NCBI GenBank assembly: GCA_963693365.1
Contig: CAVNZM010000001.1
Span: 20,840,125-20,904,124 of the forward strand
Direction of reading: 5' to 3'
Length of the DNA stretch: 64,000 nt
DNA from: Amoebidium appalachense
Lineage: Eukaryota; Protista; Ichthyosporea
Shown: positions 47,244 to 64,000 of the stretch, piece after piece
Position numbering within the stretch: position 1 is the first letter of the stretch
Layout of the letters: each line of letters begins with the position of its first letter
Program-made: the position numbers and the translations under genes
Notes under the pieces: model-generated
Databases searched by the model: none
Seen by the model: the letters and a program-made list of their open reading frames with translations, nothing else
What the model was told of the DNA's origin: nothing

Positions 47244-47816
47244 TTAGGGAATCAGGAAGAGCAGGTTGACCCCCCGTGCCCTGTTTGGCCTCGACACGCC
47301 CCCAGCACGGACCTTCCTCACACGCAGACTCTTTCCTATCTTGAACACCCGTGTGGCATCCACCGTCTCTTCCCTCCTCCCCACCATCGACTTTCCTCTC
47401 CGTGCCTGGCACAGAACATGAACACTGCGGTTGAGCTGGCTGCTAAACCGACTCAGCTCGTAGATGCCGTCCGTTATGGGCTCTATCCGTGGTGACCCCA
47501 TGACCTGTGCGCATGGGGTATCTGCGTAGGCGGGCGGGGAGGGGGAGGGGTGTTGCTCGTAGCTTGAGGGATAGGCCGAGACGGCAGGGGCAGCAAAAAG
47601 GGTCTCTGTGAGTTCTTGCTGTGTGGGCGGTGAGAGTGGCGGTGACGGGGCGAGGTCGGGGCTGGAGGGCACGTGCTTTGAATTAAACGTGTTGGAGACG
47701 TCGTGGAAGGTCATGGCGGGTTTGCGCGCACCCTTTTTTGCGCTGTATTGCCGTGCGTGCACGTTTTCTTTTTCCTCGGTGGTGGGCACTAGTTGGGGTG
47801 CTGTTAGGGTTGCCAT
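47244..47816 (-). CDS. Intronless 190-aa hypothetical protein with KEN box, D-box-like FHDVSN and several SP/TP sites (putative APC/C substrate)
   Basis: Non-repetitive ORF with start context CAAC-ATG-G. Sequence MATLTAPQLVPTTEEKENVH...RKPAMTFHDVSN, then a Pro/Ser-rich middle and a basic C-terminus. A downstream intron cannot be excluded. Confidence 0.65.
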   Translation of the reverse strand: MATLTAPQLVPTTEEKENVHARQYSAKKGARKPAMTFHDVSNTFNSKHVPSSPDLAPSPPLSPPTQQELTETLFAAPAVSAYPSSYEQHPSPSPPAYADTPCAQVMGSPRIEPITDGIYELSRFSSQLNRSVHVLCQARRGKSMVGRREETVDATRVFKIGKSLRVRKVRAGGVSRPNRARGVNLLFLIP

Positions 47817-48211
47817 GTTGATGTTTGCAAGAGGAGACAGAAAAGGGAAGGGGAGAGAAAAGAATATTATAACCACTAGTGGCAGTTAGGAGGAGAAAGT
47901 GGGGAGAAAGTGAGGGTATGAGGTAAACTCGAAAAATCACTTTGTGCACCAACGGACACACATAACAACGGCTCAAACGGTTTTTGGTTATACAAGCGTT
48001 TATACAAAACACACCCACACAGACTACCAGCTCACACTCACTTACTACTTAGCTGTGATATTATCGTATTATCGCTTCACTTTGAAAGTTTCGTTGGTTG
48101 GAAAAACAAGACCATCAGATCCTGCCAGCTTAAGTGTTTGTGTGAGTGTGTTGGGGAGGGGGCGGGTGGTCTGTTATGAGATTCTCCGGTTGGCGCTCAC
48201 AAAGAATTCAA

Positions 48212-48290
48212 TTTGAATTTCGCGCGGCGCGAGGGCGGCTGTGCCGTTATTGTATTTCATTGGTTAATTTTGCCGTGCACTGATTGGTTG
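48212..48290 (-). promoter_or_regulatory. Putative cell-cycle promoter: CHR-like TTTGAA abutting E2F site TTTCGCGC, plus two CCAAT boxes
   Basis: TTTGAA at 48212-48217, TTTCGCGC at 48218-48225, ATTGG at 48259-48263 and 48283-48287. The cluster lies about 400 bp upstream of the ATG at 47816. Confidence 0.5.
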
Positions 48291-49615
48291 GCTAGGAATT
48301 TTTGGCTCCAGGGTGAGTATATAAGCCAACAGACTCGCAGAAAAACAAACAAACGCTTGAACGTGTGATGGTCCATGGAGCGAGAAGGAGGGAGGGAGAG
48401 AGTGAGGGAGGAGGGGTAAAAACAGTGTTGTCGTAGTATTGACAGGAATAAAGTATATACAGTCTATTTTTTCCCTACTTTAGGGTTCCTTTTTGATCTG
48501 CCTTCAACCTTTCTCCTTTTCCGTTCACTTCTTTCCCGCTCTCCCTCCCTCCTTGTCTCTTTCTCACCTTCGTTCCTTCCTCACTCAAACCCTATTTCCC
48601 TCCTCCTTACTTCGGGCGTCTTCTTCTTGTTTTCCTCTCCTCGAAAGATTTCTAGACAGGTCTCTCTCTTTCTCTTTCTCCCTTTCTCTCCCTCTCTCCC
48701 TCTCTCCCTCTCTCCCCCGCTCCTTCCCTCCCTCCCTCCCTCCCTCCCTCCCTTCCCCTCCCTTTCCGCTCACTCTCAAGATCCCTCTTTTCAAGTGCTC
48801 ACTCACTCACTCACACACACACACACACTCTCTCTCTCTCTCTCTCTCTCTCTCCCCCCCCCCCCCCCTCCTCTCTCTCCCTCTCTCCCTCTCTCTCCCC
48901 CCCCTCCCCCCCCCCTCTCTCTCTCTCTCTTTCTTTCTCCCTCCCTCTTCCTCTCCCTCCTTCCCTACCTCTCTCTCTCTCTCTCTCTCTCTCGCTCTCG
49001 CTCTCGCTCTCTCTCTCTCTATCTTCCTCCCACTCCCTCTCCCTCACCCTCTATCTTTCCCCCCATCCCCTTCCGCTTTCCTTTCCTTCTTCTCCCTCCC
49101 CCCCCGTCCGCGTCCCTTCCCCCCCCATCTCGCTCGCGCTCTATTCCTTCCTCCAACTCCCTCCACGCGAACATATGTCCCTCCGACCCACCTCCCTCCT
49201 TCTTTCCTTCGCCCCGACACACAAATACAGCGCACACACCACCTAACATCAGTGTGAATGTATGAAACCGAAAACTAAAACGGATAAATAAAGAAAACAG
49301 TAATTTAGAAAAAGTAGACGACAAACCCCGAGGTACGAGAGTGTAGGCTAAGATCACCGAGAAGATTCTCGGAGAAGGAAAATAAGCATACCTGGTGTAA
49401 TCCTATGTGCATAACAAAGCTCGATCATTTACAAGAAACAGTGACCCATTGAGCACTAAGCAAATTGGAACCAAAAATAAAAAGAACTAAAAAAGTAAAC
49501 ACGTTCAAACAACCAGCCAGCCACCAGCGCATCCCTGCACACACACTGTGCAACCAACGACTGTTGCCTCAACCCAGAGACCATTTTTTTCTTTTTTCCT
49601 CCTCCTTTGTGTGTA

Positions 49616-49678
<63 letters not shown>

Positions 49679-49711
49679 GTTGTGGGGGGCGGGGGCGGGA
49701 ACGGCGTCGCG

Positions 49712-49750
<39 letters not shown>

Positions 49751-49864
49751 GTGCCGGCCTGGTCAAACGTTGGGATTGGCATAGTATAAAGCACAAGAAA
49801 CTTCACAACATTACCTCCTCTCTCCCCTAAGAACACACAAACAAAAGAGAAAACGGGCCGGCCA

Positions 49865-49895
<31 letters not shown>

Positions 49896-50287
49896 TTGCT
49901 TACACACACAACACACACACACATACACACACAAACACACGTTGACACACACACACACAAGACAGTTGAGACATACACCATTATAATTTTATAATTATTT
50001 AAACTGCAATACGTGCAGTGTCACTCCACACAAACACATCAAAGAGGCTCAGTGTCACACACACGTGCGCCACGATGTCATGTACACGCGCCAATAAAGG
50101 TCGATATATGCCTACATGTCTACCCCCGACCCCACCCCAACGCTCCCAAATGCACGCATGGGCCAAGTCCACGTGCACGTGGGTGGCTCGCCGGTGTACA
50201 GAAACAACGTTTGAAAAGGGCGAGCAGTGTGTGTGTGGCCGTCATCCGATGATGGTGGTGGCGGTGGTCTAGGAGGGGGAAGGGCCC

Positions 50288-50322
<35 letters not shown>

Positions 50323-50975
50323 GGCATTTACTAACCTTTGATGGACGTATATGCAATTGGTACAGGACTGTTAGTGAGTGCAAGGATGATGCCTCATTGC
50401 ATCATTCATGCACAAAAAGATATGCCACCAACATATCCATCCATATCACAGGCCTACATCACATTTCAAGATGTGTACATATATCACCGGGATATATATC
50501 ACATTTCAGCATATGTACATATTTGTATAGATATGTATTACAACAATCCAATTGGGCAGGACACATTCGAAAAATAACCACAAAAAGTGCCATTTGGGCG
50601 TCTAAGGCTGCTTTAAAGAGCATACGTGCAAGCAAAAAAAAAAAAAAATCTACGTGCACAGCAGCAAGTGTGTGTAGTTGCACGTACATTTCCGTGCATG
50701 CGTGCATGTGACTGTGTGTGTTGTGTGTGCAAGCGTTTGTGCATGCTGGTGTGTGTAGCGTGTGTGTGTGTGTGTACACACGTGTCTATGGCTCGGCATG
50801 ACCATGCAGGGTTGCGTACAGTTAACGTGTATATACATCTCATAAGACTTCGGCAAATTCAGACCTCATACCACTCACCTGGCCTTCATCATAACCACCC
50901 AACAACCACACCATTCAACACCCACCCATACCACCCATCTCAAACAATTATCATCACAAACCAACCCACCCACCC

Positions 50976-58208
<7,233 letters not shown>

Positions 58209-58669
58209 GGTGGTGCTTGTGGTGCGGTGCAGCTTTACAATTAGGTGTCAAATAAAGGTGGATCTGTGTTAGTGTCTACACTATTAGGCAGCGTTGGTTG
58301 CAGCAGGAGTTGGGTTTGCGTTAAACAGTCACGCAACGAACAGACGTGCAACTTTAAAGGTTGTGTTGGGTAGTTACCGTAGGAAAAAACAAGACACGTA
58401 GCCGTGAGAGTTGGGGTGAGACGGTATCGTCATGACGCGCCGGTGATATTACATCGGTGAGTAAAGCTAAATCAAAGTAACCATTGGTGCACAAATGTGA
58501 GATAACTTTTAAAGCTTAATTTAGTCAACACACCATGTATTGTCAGGTGCTGATATTAGCCGCCTTTAGGTACTGAGCCAACTCAGACAACTCAGACAAC
58601 TCAGACAACTCGAGATCTAGGCCTACGTATTCGACAAGGTGTTGCTGACTACTTAACGTCCATGCGCGT

Positions 58670-58670
58670 G

Positions 58671-58766
<96 letters not shown>

Positions 58767-58768
58767 TG
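58670..58768. repeat. (GCGT)n tetranucleotide microsatellite; complementary (GCAC)n tract at ~33676-33724
   Basis: Read directly from the sequence. Confidence 0.95.
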
Positions 58769-59110
58769 TGTCCGTGTACACGTGCATGTGTGCGCGTGTG
58801 TGTGCGTGTTTGCGTGTGTCCGTGTGTATGTGTGCGTGTGCGTGTGTGCTATGTACGTGACGGTGCGGGTGTGTGCACGCCAAGGCCTCCTCAGGTGTGC
58901 CGCGCACGAGTGTGTGTGTGTTGTGTGTGTGTGTGCAACGTGTGTGTGCGTGTGTGCGTGCCTGTGGTTGTGTGCTTGTGTGTGTGTGGGTGTGGGTGCG
59001 CGCGTCACGGTGTGTGTGTGTGTGTGTGTGTTTGCGTGTGTTTGAGTGTGTTTGTGTGTGTGCGTCACGGTGCGTGCAATAGAGAGGACCCACCGTTGCT
59101 GAGTGAGCTT

Positions 59111-59290
59111 GCTAAAAGCAGAATTATTCTGCAAAAACTATAATTATTCTGCAAAAGCCAGAATTATGCTGCACAAAACAGAATTATCCCGCTAAAAGCA
59201 AGATTGTTTCATAAAAGCAGATCATATTCTGCAAGAATTATTCTGCTTCTTGAATTTTCTCGCTAAAGGCCAGAATTATTCTGCTTTTCA
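59111..59290. repeat. ~20-bp tandem array built on the palindrome GCAGAAT-T-ATTCTGC
   Basis: Units GC(T/A)AAA(A/G)CAGAATTATTCT at 59111, 59131, 59151, 59171 and 59191, with further copies to 59290. Confidence 0.8.
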
Positions 59291-59670
59291 TAGACTACCA
59301 GCCCGAAAGGTTTCGAAAATTCAACTTTGCTGAACGGTGATTTCTCTGATGATGCATGCAAAACAAACCGCAACTGCCGCGGTACATGGGCAAGTGCCCT
59401 TACACGCACACACACACACACACACATACCCGCGCATGTGTGCCGCACACACGGACACACACAAGTGCGCGTGAGTATCATTATGTCACGGTGTCCACGT
59501 GTGTGAATGTGTGTGCCGGGTGTACATGTGTGTGTGTGCGCGCGTGTTCTTTAATATCTGTGAATATATCTATGTTTATTTATGTCGGAGTTTGCTTATT
59601 TGTTTTCTTCACAGTCACATTTTGTCGGGTTTCCTTGGCAGCGTTATTAACAGTTTCAGCTTATATATGA

Positions 59671-59779
<109 letters not shown>

Positions 59780-60208
59780 TTTTGGGAGGGGGGGAGGGGA
59801 GAAGTGAGAAAGGGGGGAAGGGGGGGGGGGGGGGGGGGGGAGGGCACGGTCAAAGATTTTAGAAACCCGCGAAAGGAAAGGCATGCCTATGTGCATTGTA
59901 TCCAATCTTGAAACTAGAATTTTTTATTTTTTTTTGCCCGTTTTGTTCTCGGAGGTACCCCTAGGCCTAGGGGCCCTCAGGGGGAACTACCGTCTTCCAC
60001 CCAGCACCGACAGTACTCTAGCTAAACTAGAAAGTAAGTAATCAATCTGAAGAATCTCTGCAAGGTGTCCTCCCTCTCTCTCTCTGTCCTCCCCCTCTCC
60101 CCCGTCCCTGTCAGTGCTCATAATCACAGAGGCTCTCCGGATCCAACGCTTTCTTCCGGCCAAGGCCCCAACAAACACACACTTTGACCCTCCGACTCCC
60201 CCCCCCCC

Positions 60209-60259
<51 letters not shown>

Positions 60260-60719
60260 CCCCCCCCCCCCCCCCCCCCCCCCACACACACACACAAATA
60301 CACACCCACTTCAAAAAAAGAGTCGCAAAGCCAAATGTAGTATAAATGTACATTAATGCTAGAACATTCAAAAGTTTACGATTAATGATGAAGCAAATTT
60401 ATTTATCTGACAGTAAGTACATTGCACGCTAAATCTTCCACTGGGGTAGCATATTTTACGGTATTCCATAGTAAATTATAACCGAGCCTGATGATTCGTT
60501 TTATCAATGGCAAAGCATCACGAACTTAGTGAAGATACCCACCCAAACAACTGTGGCTTCACGGTATGGAACAAGACATAAAATAATCTAAAAGGGAAAC
60601 TAAACTTTGCCACTGAACTCTCAACCCTACATCATATGCATGATACGTTTGCCAGACTGAGTGTCCTTGCCACTAATCTGGTACAGCTCAGCATTAAATG
60701 TAAAACATAGTCAGCGAAG

Positions 60720-61805
60720 TTACACTTTGAGGCACTTATATGCGGTTTCATCCTTTGGCTGTGCGCACTTAAGGCCCGGGGCACACCCATTCAACATGTT
60801 TGTTATGTCGACGTATGGTGACTCCTCCGAGTACACACACGACTCTCCCTCCTTCTTCTGTCGCTGGCAACCCACCTGCGACACGCTGCCATCGCCGTAG
60901 ATATATCCGAAATACTGCCCCTTCTTACACGTGGTTTTAGCACGGTCTGCATAGATGATGAAATCACGCCCACCCCTCACATGGTCCGTGTATCCATTTG
61001 AGACATAGAAATTTGAGAAGCCAGAGTACAGGGCACACGAGTCCGGTTTTCGACCGGAGACCACCACGTTCTCCTTGAGATTCTCAATGTACATGTTACG
61101 GGACACTGGGCGCATCTGAAACCCAAGGCATGTTTTGTCCTTGGCGCATGCGTTAGCACACCACTCGTTGGTCACGTTGCCAGCAGTCCCCTTGACAATC
61201 TTCTTGGAGCCGCCCCGTGGGTGGTATGCGTTGCCAGTGAGCTCCTCAAATCCCTTTGGCAGGTTGGAGGGTGCGGGCTTGGGGGCCACATATCCCTTGG
61301 GCTTGCAGAGGATCTGCTCGGCAGAGTCTTCGTCGGCATAGTCGACCTTGAAGGTGACGCAGGGGTTATTGCGGTCCTCTTTCGAGTCTTCACCAATGGC
61401 ACGGTCTTCGTAAACAAGCATCGGCGGGCCTGGATTCTTGTCCTTTGTTTCCGCGATCTTTGCCTTGACTCCGTCTATTTTCGAGAACAGGCGGCATCCT
61501 GTTACCGCAGGGGCCTTCTCTCCAGGGCCCTTGGCGGCGGGAGAGGGTTGGACGGCAATACATGCCTCGCTTGCCTTGCATGCCTCGGTGCAAGCAGTGA
61601 TGATGCTCTTGCTGTCAGTCAGTTGTTTGGGCGTTAGGGTGACCACGACGGTGCCCCCCTGTGCCTCGTAGGACCTGTCGAATGCCCTCCTGAACCCGGC
61701 TGGCGTCTCGCGTATCTCAGCGTCCGGATCCCAGTTTACTTTGGCGGCCTGAGCAGTTTGTAGAACGGCTAGGGAGGCCAAAGTTAAAGCCACGGTGAAT
61801 TGCAT
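60720..61805 (-). CDS. Intronless secreted Cys-rich protein, 361 aa, with two PAN/Apple-like domains and a C-terminal Cys-rich module
   Basis: Signal peptide MQFTVALTLASLAVLQTAQA. Two C-x3-C-x5-C-x2-(V/F)...C-x-L-(F/Y) patterns (CTEACKASEACIAV...CRLF and CANACAKDKTCLGF...CALY). Terminal GESC...GCAPGLKC...YKC. Start context GCCACC-ATG. Confidence 0.8.
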   Translation of the reverse strand: MQFTVALTLASLAVLQTAQAAKVNWDPDAEIRETPAGFRRAFDRSYEAQGGTVVVTLTPKQLTDSKSIITACTEACKASEACIAVQPSPAAKGPGEKAPAVTGCRLFSKIDGVKAKIAETKDKNPGPPMLVYEDRAIGEDSKEDRNNPCVTFKVDYADEDSAEQILCKPKGYVAPKPAPSNLPKGFEELTGNAYHPRGGSKKIVKGTAGNVTNEWCANACAKDKTCLGFQMRPVSRNMYIENLKENVVVSGRKPDSCALYSGFSNFYVSNGYTDHVRGGRDFIIYADRAKTTCKKGQYFGYIYGDGSVSQVGCQRQKKEGESCVYSEESPYVDITNMLNGCAPGLKCAQPKDETAYKCLKV

Positions 61806-61881
61806 GGTGGCGAGGTTGCGTGGATAAGATGAATAGTAGACTTAGCTTGAGCATGAATAGGAAAACTGGAGTCGCTTGCGG

Positions 61882-61889
61882 TATTTATA
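61882..61889 (-). promoter_or_regulatory. Putative TATA box of the PAN/Apple gene
   Basis: TATAAATA on the minus strand, about 77 nt upstream of the ATG at 61805. Confidence 0.55.
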
Positions 61890-62776
61890 CAGGAATGGAT
61901 CCAGGCATAAGAATCAGCATCTGGATCGGTTTCCCGGATGCACGGATATCGACATTCTGTACGTCCAGAGTTGTTCTCAGTTCAATGAATGGTTATGAAC
62001 CGTTCACGCAGAATTGAAAAAAAAAACACTGCATGTTTAATAAAAGACCTGAACAGCATACGTATTGGGATTGTGCTGGTTTCCAGTGCAGAGACACATG
62101 ATTCATGGTGCAATACAGCACCACATCTATGCACATCTTAGTGGTGGATGTGGAATGTAAACATTCTTACCCCATAGATTACCAAAGGGACTCAACCTTG
62201 TAAACTTTTTGTGCAAAGTTCGCGCAGAGATGGCGGTCGCAACAAGGAAAAAAAAGGGGAAGTCGGTACTTGTGTGTCATGATATTCAAACGGTATCGAT
62301 TCTCAACTACCTTACTAAACATTAACGTTCCTGCATATACAACTGCTTCAAAGTACTGTGGGAACTCGAATGGGACGATGTTTATACGAGTCTAGTGGGA
62401 ACATACCGTGATCTACAGACGAGTGGTCGAACTCCCAATCAACAAATTTGAAGCAACGTGTTTACCAGGTGTTTATTCAAACTCATTTCTCTCTTCTACC
62501 TCACTCACTTCCAGGACAATTTTCTGGGCGTGAAGCCTTCAAAAACCCATATGGGCGGCTCTGCTACTGATACAACCAAGCTACATTTGTGGGACGACCG
62601 CCAAAGAAAACGGCGTGTCCGAGACTCACCACGTGCGCCGTCGCCGCCGTGCCAGGCATACCCAGTATGGTTACCACGTCGATTGGCCAGATTTCAAAGT
62701 AGGCCTTCATAATTTGCTATGCATTTTTGTAACGTTAGTTTGGGGCCAGGGGACCGGGTGCCAGTGCGGGAAAAAT

Positions 62777-62817
<41 letters not shown>

Positions 62818-64000
62818 GGGGGAGGGGGGGGGGGGGGGGGGGGGGGGGGAGGGGGGGGGGGGGGGGGGGGGGGGGGAGGATACATATAGCATACATATAT
62901 TGGGGTACTTTTTCAAAGCTGTGAACACAAGGTTGTATGCACGCATCTCAAGGAAACTTTTTTTTTTCTTTTGACTCGGTTTTATTGATCCGTTGATGAA
63001 GGCAACGTGCAGCCACAGGCTGCATAATAACCACCAACAGAACTGAAAAAGCCAAAGCTACGAAATAAAAATAAAGCGACAAGTGACAAAGGACACCAGC
63101 GGGCAAAACCTTAAGTGTACATGTATGCGTGAAACTAGTTTGCTCCAACTAGTCATATGCATCGATGTTGACCAGACCACACTCCGCAAGAAGACATCAT
63201 TACTGCTGCTTCCCAACAGCCCCCCCTCAAAACCTACCGAGGCACAGCAAGCAAGTCAGCCTCTAAAAGAGCAATGCAGACCAAATCTGAGCTAAAAAAA
63301 AATCCCAACTGGCCCGGCCCCTAGATAACCCGGAGAAACTGCATCTAGATCTCTGATAGGGTGGCCTAGTTGTGGCAGGACACACAGAAAAACACAATTA
63401 CAGAATGCATCCGATACGGCAACAGTGTCAATTTATGTAGCCCCCCGGCCCCTCCCCTTCCCCCTGCCTCCCCCCCCCCCCCCCCCCTTTCCCCTCCGGA
63501 TCCCCCCCTTTCAAAACAATGAGCATCGATCAATATCCCGGCCCTATATATATATAGCGGCCTGGCAGAATTGCAAGCACCCAAGGACTTCACTTTCACT
63601 TCGATCTCTTAGCTGTCACGTCAACTTTTTTTCCCGATTCTTCACCATGGCAGGTATATAAAGGCTTTCGTTTCTTCTTTTTGTGGTGGGAGGGAGTCCC
63701 ACTCAGGGGAACGTGACTGCAGCGCGTGTGTGTGGTGTGGCCTGGTGTATTACTACTGCTGTGAGAGTGTGGGGGCATCTCCCTTTCGCGGAGTTTCTCG
63801 CTTGAGAAGTGGTTTCTTCAACGCCTGGTGGTCCACTGCAACCTATGGTAACTTCTACACGCTGTCTACGCTTCTACGCTGCAACTTCTTCAGCTACTTC
63901 TGCGCTGCGTGAGTGGAGGGTGGCTACTTGGTCGTCGGGGAGCTTTCCAAGTGACTGCCAGTCCTTAGCCTCCAGTCGTATGGCAATGACTGGGTTTGCT

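Noticed and set aside
48493-49265. 254-aa and 212-aa Ser/Leu/Pro ORFs
   Set aside because: They come from a CT-rich low-complexity tract that lacks stops by composition.
63600-64000. Possible gene start (+) or coding remnant (-) at the window end
   Set aside because: The spliced + frame reaches a stop quickly and the - frame is interrupted. There is too little sequence to call.

Overview
Eukaryotic, very intron-dense DNA. The introns are packed with poly-G/poly-C runs, (CA)n/(GT)n microsatellites and ~30-bp minisatellites, so almost all ORF-track hits are low-complexity noise. Gene content and branch-point-driven 3' splice sites suggest a unicellular opisthokont, possibly a holozoan/ichthyosporean; this is inference and not provable here. 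Gene models were built by hand by chaining exon phases: a probable 3' end of an unknown gene (315-518, +); Rictor (about 33 exons, 3650-23943, +); a secreted Agd3/CE18-like polysaccharide deacetylase (4 exons, 26665-30532, +); Tim44 (13 exons, 34171-43915, +); an intronless orphan with a KEN box behind a CHR/E2F/CCAAT promoter (47244-47816, -); importin-alpha (50976-58208, -); and an intronless secreted PAN/Apple-domain protein (60720-61805, -). There is also a 227-bp TA-flanked MITE and a dispersed ~95-bp intronic element that ends in poly-C. The most striking pattern is that, in three unrelated genes, intronic tandem repeats are copies of the neighbouring splice junction. Examples are 39 perfect decoy acceptors ahead of a Tim44 exon, about 30 copies of a Rictor donor junction, and 5-6 copies of an importin-alpha acceptor. 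Three GC-AG introns and several acceptors with only (CA)n upstream also stand out. No database searches were run, so family calls rest on recalled motifs.
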